This document shows positions 57,333 to 64,000 of a stretch of DNA of 64,000 nt, piece by piece. Positions within the stretch are counted from its first letter, which is position 1, and each line of letters opens with the position of its first letter. The stretch lies in NCBI GenBank assembly GCA_964531275.1, contig CAZHDZ010000002.1:122180-186179 (forward strand), given 5' to 3'. The DNA comes from an uncultured Gammaproteobacteria bacterium (lineage in GTDB: Bacteria > Patescibacteriota > Microgenomatia > Levybacterales > GWA1-39-11). The translations under genes and the position numbers were made by a program. Below the pieces are notes generated by a model, which ran no database searches, was not told the origin of the DNA, and was given only the letters and a program-made list of their open reading frames with translations.

Positions 57333-58406
57333 TTAGATTGATACTGCTTTAATGTATTCCCTACCTACGTATTCCCAATTAAATTTGTTAGCGTATTTTT
57401 TCCCTTTTTTAGCAATAGCGTCATGTGTTTTATGGTTTTTAGCTACTTCTCCTATTGCATGCGAAAGTTTTTCCGTGTCAAAAGGTCTGATTTTTATGCT
57501 TAATCCATTTGGTATCCATTTAAGACCAGGAATGTTAAATGAAATTAATGGAACTCCGGCACTTAAACTTTCTAGACAAACCATAGAAAATGTTTCGAAC
57601 CTTGAAGGAACTACAACGCAAATAGCACTAGATAATAATTTTTGTTTTTGAATTGAATTAACTTTACCTTTTAAGATCACTTTCGAATCAAGTTTAAGAC
57701 GTGTAATGTACTTCTTTAAGATGGTTAATTGCTTTGCTTCTCCACTCCCGGCCAAAACAAGTTTTTGTGGGATATTTGCTTTTTTATACGATTCCAGCAG
57801 AAGGTCCAACCCTTTCTGATTAACCTCTAACCTTCCAATAAAGAGTATGTATCTCTTGGGAGAAGCGAACGTCTGGATTTTCTCTATGCCGTTTGGGATA
57901 ACGACTATGCTTGCTTTTTTATTTTGTAGCTTAACTTCGTTTTTTATTTGGTTTTGGGTAACTATGAACTTATTGTATTTTTTCAGGCCAAAATTCTCTA
58001 CTAAATCAAAAGGCAGCTTATACTTTCTTTTCATGTCGGAAGCACTAAGCATATGAACAAGTCCAATAACTGGTTTTTTGGTAAACAAAGGCAAAAATGA
58101 AGTTGAGAATGGAGGAGTAAAGTTCTCTACCCATACATCAAAATTATTCTTTCTGACGATACTCGGCAATAATAGTTGGTACACGATTTGTCCTAGCTTA
58201 GGGCCTCCAAAAGCAATACCAATCCTTCTATACGCAACACCTTCAACTTTTTCGTTTTTTGCCCCAAAATACCTGCCTGTTATTACTTCTACATCAAATT
58301 TTCGGGAAAGTTCTTTAGCACTTTTGTGAACAGCATAAGCACCACCACCGGCATAATGCGGGTTTTTTATATCGTCATAAGTAGAAATTATTATTTTTTT
58401 TGTCAT
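57333..58406 (-). CDS. GT4 glycosyltransferase
   Basis: GGG, IPNG, GRL...QKG and PSRFETFSMVCLE. Confidence 0.9.
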   Translation of the reverse strand: MTKKIIISTYDDIKNPHYAGGGAYAVHKSAKELSRKFDVEVITGRYFGAKNEKVEGVAYRRIGIAFGGPKLGQIVYQLLLPSIVRKNNFDVWVENFTPPFSTSFLPLFTKKPVIGLVHMLSASDMKRKYKLPFDLVENFGLKKYNKFIVTQNQIKNEVKLQNKKASIVVIPNGIEKIQTFASPKRYILFIGRLEVNQKGLDLLLESYKKANIPQKLVLAGSGEAKQLTILKKYITRLKLDSKVILKGKVNSIQKQKLLSSAICVVVPSRFETFSMVCLESLSAGVPLISFNIPGLKWIPNGLSIKIRPFDTEKLSHAIGEVAKNHKTHDAIAKKGKKYANKFNWEYVGREYIKAVSI

Positions 58407-58407
58407 G

Positions 58408-59667
58408 TTAAAAAAAGAGTGATGAAATTCTATTAGCTATATAGCCTGCTTTTTTAAGAGAAAACATAGGAGTTCTTTTTTCGTGCTCTTGAAATAGAAT
58501 GTGCCCAAATGAACGTGAGCTTTCTTCCCAACTGAATTGTTTTGCCCACTTATATGCTTCTTTTGAAGCCAAGTCTCGAAGCCTCTGATTAACTATTAAT
58601 TTTTTAATGCTTCTTGAAAAAGCCTTGGTATCTTTAAGCTTGACTAATATTCCAGTTTTGCCATCAACTATTGAATCTCTCAAGCCTTTAGTGTCTGAAG
58701 CAATCACCGGAGTTCTGCAAGAATTTGCCTCAATTACTGTGATCCCCCATCCTTCCACGGTTGATGGCTGAACAGCAAACCAACTCTGAGAAAGAAGTCG
58801 TATTTTTTCTTCTTCACTTACCTTCCCCAAAAACAAAATTTTATCTTCTAACCCTAGCTTTACAACTAAATCCCTGAGACTTCCCAAAGTATCTCCTTCT
58901 CCGACAATATAGAATCGAGCATTGGCAAATCTTTTGGCCACTGTTGCAAATGCACGAATTGCAACATCAACATTTTTGTAAGCCTTTAGCCTGCCAAGAT
59001 AAATCATCGAAGGAAAATCAGTTTTTTTGAATTTCTTGGTCGGCATTTCTATTCCTGGATTGACAATCTGAACTCTTTCCTCAGATGCGATTCCTGCTTT
59101 TACTATTTCACGTCGTGAGGATTCTGATACGGTTATTACTTGGTGATTCTTATAGACAAGAGGCATAACCTTGCCTTCAATAAAACGTCCTATATGTGAC
59201 ATTGGAAATTTCATTTGCTCAATGAAAATCTCCTGATGCACATGATGAACTAATAATATTACGGGCTTTCTTGTAAAAAGAGGAGTAAAAAATGGAATAC
59301 CATTTTCTGAGTCAATTATTACATCGTATTTATTTCTAAACTTAAAAATTGTATAAAGTATTGCCCAAAGATATACCGTAAAGAATCCACCGCGTCTTAT
59401 TATGTTAACCATTCCTATAGTCTCGTTTCGACTACTTTGACCGTCATTTCCACAGAATAGTGTTACTGAATTTCCTTCTTGGGCCCATCTTTTAGATAAC
59501 TCTTGAATATAGACCTCTGCTCCACCTGACCATGCGTGCTTAGTATCTCTCCAATTAAAGACTAGGACTCTAAGACCCTTGCCTTTTACTTTTTTACCCG
59601 GTATGAATAGCCCACCCAAGTCTCTAAGGTTTGAAAGGACAATTAATGATTTATCTAAGATACTCAT
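58408..59667 (-). CDS. GT4 glycosyltransferase
   Basis: NWRD..H...GGAE, GRLKAYK and EGWGITVIEA. Confidence 0.92.
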   Translation of the reverse strand: MSILDKSLIVLSNLRDLGGLFIPGKKVKGKGLRVLVFNWRDTKHAWSGGAEVYIQELSKRWAQEGNSVTLFCGNDGQSSRNETIGMVNIIRRGGFFTVYLWAILYTIFKFRNKYDVIIDSENGIPFFTPLFTRKPVILLVHHVHQEIFIEQMKFPMSHIGRFIEGKVMPLVYKNHQVITVSESSRREIVKAGIASEERVQIVNPGIEMPTKKFKKTDFPSMIYLGRLKAYKNVDVAIRAFATVAKRFANARFYIVGEGDTLGSLRDLVVKLGLEDKILFLGKVSEEEKIRLLSQSWFAVQPSTVEGWGITVIEANSCRTPVIASDTKGLRDSIVDGKTGILVKLKDTKAFSRSIKKLIVNQRLRDLASKEAYKWAKQFSWEESSRSFGHILFQEHEKRTPMFSLKKAGYIANRISSLFF

Positions 59668-59669
59668 AA

Positions 59670-62114
59670 TTAAAATATTGATGACGCGTACTTCAAAGGC
59701 GTGACAATTGCTTTTTTGAAAGCAAGAACACCGAAGCTGATAATCTTTCTCTCAGCAATACCAATAACAATAAGAGTTCCAGCAAATAGTGCTAAAGTTT
59801 TTCTCTCAAAAGACCCAAGGAGGACGATGGGCCCAAGAATTCCACGAGTTACAGAAACTTTGGGGAACTTAAAGTCTGGCTTAGGAAGTCGAAGTCCAGG
59901 TTGAGGCACAACGACCGGAACAACTTCAGCTGCTCTTTCCTGTTCTTGTTTTTTCTTAAGAAGATGAAGACCGTGAACAGTTTTCTCCCAATAGAATGGT
60001 TTGAAAATCAATTGGTATAAAGCCATGAATCCAGCAACAGAAATCATGAGCCAATAAAAGGGTATTAAGAACGTGTATTTTATAAGTGGGTAATGCTCTC
60101 TTTTCATTACTCCAATCATGTAGTAGTACATAAATAGGAAATTTCCGAATATGAGAGAGAAGGCTGCCATGTAAAAAACAATGGCAGGGTAAAGTTTTTC
60201 TATTGTGGGTCCAACGTAAATATAAAGCGTAAAGTATGCAATTGTTGCAAGCCAAAGCAAGGGGTTAATCAGAATAAACGCAATCTTACCCCCAATGATC
60301 AGGTGAAATATAGGAAAATGATGTCCGCGTGTTTTTGCAAAGGCAAGACTATTTCTCGTATGCACAAGATACGTCTGCATGTAGCCTTTAATCCAACGTG
60401 ATCTTTGCCTTATCCAATTTCCCCACTTACTGTTAGCCTCCTCAAGGGTCAGAGAATCAATAATCGCCGTCTTATAACCACCTTTAAATAAACGCATACC
60501 TAAATCGGCATCTTCAGTTACGTTGAACGGATCCCACCCTTGCAACATATGCAGATCCTCAGTTCTAAAGTGATTTGAGGTCCCTCCTAGTGGAATGCTT
60601 GTATTAATTGATTGAAGTCCCGTTAGTGTAATGTCAAACCATAGCGAATACTCAGCTGTAAAGAACCTTGTAAGTAGGTTTTGTGAGGGGTTGTAGTAAT
60701 TTAGTTTTGCCTGCAAGCAAACGACATCTCGCCCGGCTTTTTGAAATGCTGCATAAGCTTTTTTCAACTGCATTGGTTCTGGCTTATCCTCGGCATCAAA
60801 AATGACTAGGTATTCACCCCTAGCAAAAGAGAGCCCATAATTACATGCCTTTGGCTTAGTCTTTGGTTGAGAATTAGGAACAACTACAACCCGTACATAT
60901 GATGGTAGCTTCATCTGCCTTGCAGCAAGTATTGATTCTTTATCGTCTTCTTCAAGAAGCAGCATGACGTCCAATTTCCTTTTTGGCCATGATAACTGAG
61001 ATATATTCTCTACAAATTGGGGAATAATATGAGCTTCTTTGTAAAGAGGGCACAAAATTGTATATATGGGTAGATGCTTGTCTTGCAATACTGAAAGCTC
61101 TCTTGGTGTGAAAGAAATTTCCTGAGGAAAATGGAGACTTTTAAGTACTACAAATAGATTAAATACTGTGTCAGAGAAGTAAATAAAGCTTAATATGGCA
61201 ACAATAAACGAAAGAGTTGCAACCGGACTCAAAACCACTCCCATAATAGCAAGCTCAATAAGAAGTGCTATCGTAAATTTTTGACCTGAAGTAAATGTAA
61301 TGATAGATGATTTGCTGTGATGCAGTGTCGTGTGAGTAACGTATTTTTTTCTCTTATATCGGATTCCTGCACCACGCATTGTATTTGTCTTTTCAGAAGG
61401 AACGATACGAGGAGATAACTTGGCCAATTTGAGATTTAGCGCAGAAGAACCAATCTCATATACAGTTCTAATTATTCCGATTTTAGATTCTCCCTTTTTT
61501 CTCTTTGAAAAAGTTATGTCGTGATTTGTAATCGAGAACCCCGCTTCGCGTGCACTATGCAAAAAAGCTAGATCAAAAGTCCAAGCAGAAGATGGCTTGA
61601 AATATATTGTAGATATTACTTCTTTTTTAAATACTTTAAGCCCTGATTGTATATCATGGTCAAGGCCAAACAAGAACTTTCCAAATCCAAATCTAAAACC
61701 ACGACTAAGAGTTCTTCGAAGAACATTGTCTTTGTACCTTCTTCTATTGGAACAAACAATATCTACATCCTTTAGCTTAAGAGCCATTTTTGCGATTTCT
61801 TCGGGAGGATATTGAAGATCAGCATCGATGAGGGCCAAATTAGAATATTTAGCTTCGGAAAAGCCCTCAAATAACGAATAAGCCTTTCCTTGCTTTCCCT
61901 TTTTGAGCAAATGCCTTACAGGATAATTTTCTGTAAGTTTTTTTACTATTCTTGCGGTTCCGTCTTTTGATCTATCATCTATTATTAGAATTTCAAATTT
62001 AAATTTACCCTTCTCTAAAGAAGCTGATAGTCTTTCTATTAATTCCCTAACAGAACCTTGCTCGTTGTAAGCCGGAACAATTATTGATATCTCTTTTTTA
62101 AATATGTTTTTCAT
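59670..62114 (-). CDS. Processive GT2 copy 3 fused to an N-terminal DPM1-like polyprenol-phosphate glycosyltransferase domain
   Basis: N-terminal IIVPAYNE, IDDRSKDGT, DADLQYPP, DIQSGLK and R.KGESK; C-terminal FDAED, TEDADLG and QRSRW. Confidence 0.9.
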   Translation of the reverse strand: MKNIFKKEISIIVPAYNEQGSVRELIERLSASLEKGKFKFEILIIDDRSKDGTARIVKKLTENYPVRHLLKKGKQGKAYSLFEGFSEAKYSNLALIDADLQYPPEEIAKMALKLKDVDIVCSNRRRYKDNVLRRTLSRGFRFGFGKFLFGLDHDIQSGLKVFKKEVISTIYFKPSSAWTFDLAFLHSAREAGFSITNHDITFSKRKKGESKIGIIRTVYEIGSSALNLKLAKLSPRIVPSEKTNTMRGAGIRYKRKKYVTHTTLHHSKSSIITFTSGQKFTIALLIELAIMGVVLSPVATLSFIVAILSFIYFSDTVFNLFVVLKSLHFPQEISFTPRELSVLQDKHLPIYTILCPLYKEAHIIPQFVENISQLSWPKRKLDVMLLLEEDDKESILAARQMKLPSYVRVVVVPNSQPKTKPKACNYGLSFARGEYLVIFDAEDKPEPMQLKKAYAAFQKAGRDVVCLQAKLNYYNPSQNLLTRFFTAEYSLWFDITLTGLQSINTSIPLGGTSNHFRTEDLHMLQGWDPFNVTEDADLGMRLFKGGYKTAIIDSLTLEEANSKWGNWIRQRSRWIKGYMQTYLVHTRNSLAFAKTRGHHFPIFHLIIGGKIAFILINPLLWLATIAYFTLYIYVGPTIEKLYPAIVFYMAAFSLIFGNFLFMYYYMIGVMKREHYPLIKYTFLIPFYWLMISVAGFMALYQLIFKPFYWEKTVHGLHLLKKKQEQERAAEVVPVVVPQPGLRLPKPDFKFPKVSVTRGILGPIVLLGSFERKTLALFAGTLIVIGIAERKIISFGVLAFKKAIVTPLKYASSIF

Positions 62115-62115
62115 G

Positions 62116-62307
62116 CTATTTAGAACCTACTTTGTGGTACTCAATAAATTTATTAAGTGATTGATTAGACACACGATAATGTCCCCCGAATTCCACAGCT
62201 TCGAGAGATCCTTCTTTTATGTATTTGTAAATCGTGAGAGCAGACAAACGAAGAAGCAAAGCAACCTCTTGCACAGTATAAAAATCGGCAGATGAAAAAT
62301 ATCCCAT
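62116..62307 (-). CDS. Excisionase-like helix-turn-helix (HTH_17/BldC-like) protein
   Basis: YTVQEVALLLRLSALTIYKYIKEGSLEAVEFGGHYRV. Confidence 0.88.
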   Translation of the reverse strand: MGYFSSADFYTVQEVALLLRLSALTIYKYIKEGSLEAVEFGGHYRVSNQSLNKFIEYHKVGSK

Positions 62308-62329
62308 ATAATTTTACTAGAAGCTGTGA

Positions 62330-62358
62330 ATTATAGCCAAGCTAAGCTATTCTGTCAA
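62330..62358 (-). promoter_or_regulatory. Perfect-consensus sigma70 promoter heading the HTH-GT operon
   Basis: TTGACA-GAATAGCTTAGCTTGGC (17 nt)-TATAAT. Confidence 0.85.
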
Positions 62359-62520
62359 CTATAGGGTTCTATCTACTGCTTTGAATTATTGTTAAGTTTG
62401 CTTAACTATGCTTTAGACATAAATGCAATGTACTGTGTTGCACAACATAATCGCATGGAGATGTATGAACTTGGTAGGATTTTTGTCACACAAGGAAAAG
62501 AAATGTAATATACTTAATTA

Positions 62521-64000
62521 ATGCTTCTTTTAATTTTATTTTCGTTCATAGCAGGTTTCGTAACCATACTCTCACCTTGTATTTTGCCGATTCTCCCCAT
62601 AGTCCTTTCCGGCTCTTTGAATGGAGGACACCGAAGACCAATAGGCATTGTAATCGGTTTTGTTCTAAGCTTTACCCTCTTCACACTTTTCTTATCGGCA
62701 ATAGTTAAGGCAACCGGTCTTTCTCCTGAACTTCTGAGAAATTTTTCAGTCCTTATTATTCTTTTCTTCGGCACTGCTCTTCTTCTTCCTAATTTTCAGG
62801 TTCTTATGGAAAAACTATTCACAAAACTTGCAGGAAGTGTAAGTGGAAAAGTTAGTCAAGGGAACGGATTTTGGAGCGGACTACTGCTAGGCTTGAGTTT
62901 AGGACTCATTTGGACTCCCTGCGTTGGACCTATAATTGCGTCCGTTATAACCCTTGCTGCAACAAGCAGTGTGAATGGAAGCGCAATTTTAATCACAGTT
63001 GCTTACTCAATAGGGACAGCTATTCCAATGTTTGCAATTACGTACGGAGGACGGAAGTTGCTTCAGAAAGTTCCGTGGCTACTTCGAAATACAGGGAACA
63101 TCCAAAAAGTCTTTGGGATACTTATGATCTTAGTTGCAATAGGCATCTTCTTCAACTTGGATAGAAAATTCCAATCAGCGGTTCTTGATAAGTTGCCGCA
63201 ATATGGAGCTGGCTTAACCAAAATTGAAGATAATGCAGCTGTAAAAGAACAGCTTGAAAAAGTGAGAGCAGACAAATCGAGTCTGTCACTAGATATGGGA
63301 ATGCATGCAACTGCACCGGAGTTAATTCAAGGAGGAGACTGGTTCAACACAAAACCCCTCACTATTAAATCCCTCTCCGGCAAAGTTGTACTAATAGATT
63401 TTTGGACCTACACATGCATCAATTGCATAAGAACTCTCCCCTATCTTAAGTCTTGGTATTCAAAATATGAAAAGGATGGATTCGTTATTATTGGAGTACA
63501 CACCCCAGAATTTGCTTTTGAAAAAGACTCAAAGAATGTTAAGCAAGCAATAGCAGACTTTGAAATAAAATATCCTGTCATGCAGGATAACGATTACGCT
63601 ACCTGGAGCGCATACAACAATCGCTATTGGCCTGCACACTACCTCATAGATAAGAATGGAAAAATTCGCTACACACACTTTGGAGAAGGGGAATACGACA
63701 AGACAGAGGAAATGATCCAAAAACTCCTTAAAGAGACTGGTGCAAATATACAGGACAAGATAAAAAATGAATCGTATGATGTAGATTCCCAAACTCCCGA
63801 GACATATTTAGGGTACGCTCGAATGCAAGGATTGGCTTCACCTGAAAGTGCCGCTCACGATACAAAAAGCGCGTACACGATTCCATCATCACTAAATCTT
63901 AATACATTTGCTTTTGCTGGAAACTGGACAATTGAAGAAGAAATGGCAACTGGAGAAGAAGGCTCGATAATCGACTTCAAGTTTCTAGCAAAGAACGTAT
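62521..64000 (+). CDS. dipZ: DipZ (CcdA-like TM domain + thioredoxin domain); runs off the window edge
   Basis: Manual translation: MLLLILFSFIAGFVTILSPCILPILP...WTPCVGP...DFWTYTCINCIRTLP...GVHTPEF...NRYWPA.Y...HFGEG.Y...TPETYLG. Not in the ORF track. Confidence 0.93.
   Translation, partial: MLLLILFSFIAGFVTILSPCILPILPIVLSGSLNGGHRRPIGIVIGFVLSFTLFTLFLSAIVKATGLSPELLRNFSVLIILFFGTALLLPNFQVLMEKLFTKLAGSVSGKVSQGNGFWSGLLLGLSLGLIWTPCVGPIIASVITLAATSSVNGSAILITVAYSIGTAIPMFAITYGGRKLLQKVPWLLRNTGNIQKVFGILMILVAIGIFFNLDRKFQSAVLDKLPQYGAGLTKIEDNAAVKEQLEKVRADKSSLSLDMGMHATAPELIQGGDWFNTKPLTIKSLSGKVVLIDFWTYTCINCIRTLPYLKSWYSKYEKDGFVIIGVHTPEFAFEKDSKNVKQAIADFEIKYPVMQDNDYATWSAYNNRYWPAHYLIDKNGKIRYTHFGEGEYDKTEEMIQKLLKETGANIQDKIKNESYDVDSQTPETYLGYARMQGLASPESAAHDTKSAYTIPSSLNLNTFAFAGNWTIEEEMATGEEGSIIDFKFLAKNV

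Noticed and set aside
48861-62307. Prophage or ICE suggested by excisionase-like genes
   Set aside because: No integrase, phage or conjugation genes and no att sites are visible.

Overview
This is an AT-rich, gene-dense bacterial window that reads cleanly in genetic code 11. Its gene content and style (short Obg without a C-terminal OCT domain, many leaderless-looking promoters, sortase and SipW-type surface proteins, many GT2/GT4/GT-C genes) suggest a Patescibacteria/CPR, Microgenomates-like genome; this is inference. The left third encodes ion transport (P-type ATPase, TerC), lipid-modifying genes (acyl-ACP desaturase-like, cfa-like, plsC-like) and a six-gene NAD-reductase/DUF3419/UbiA/PEP-utiliser/GNAT/polyprenol-kinase operon. 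The middle holds small accessory genes, tRNA-Gln(TTG), msrB, obg, an OmpR-family two-component pair and a DEAD-box helicase. The right half is a ~30-kb surface locus: a tasA/sipW-like operon, a triplicated processive GT2 + GT-C module, a HasA-like synthase with a dehydrogenase and deacetylase, a sortase with its substrate, and then dipZ. The most unusual signal is non-coding. At four unrelated loci (terC, the NAD-dependent reductase, obg and the histidine kinase) the first 7-17 codons of the gene are repeated just upstream as short ORFs. At obg and the kinase these copies differ almost only at synonymous sites. At the kinase and the reductase, divergence increases with distance from the intact gene, as if displaced gene starts were stacked in time order.
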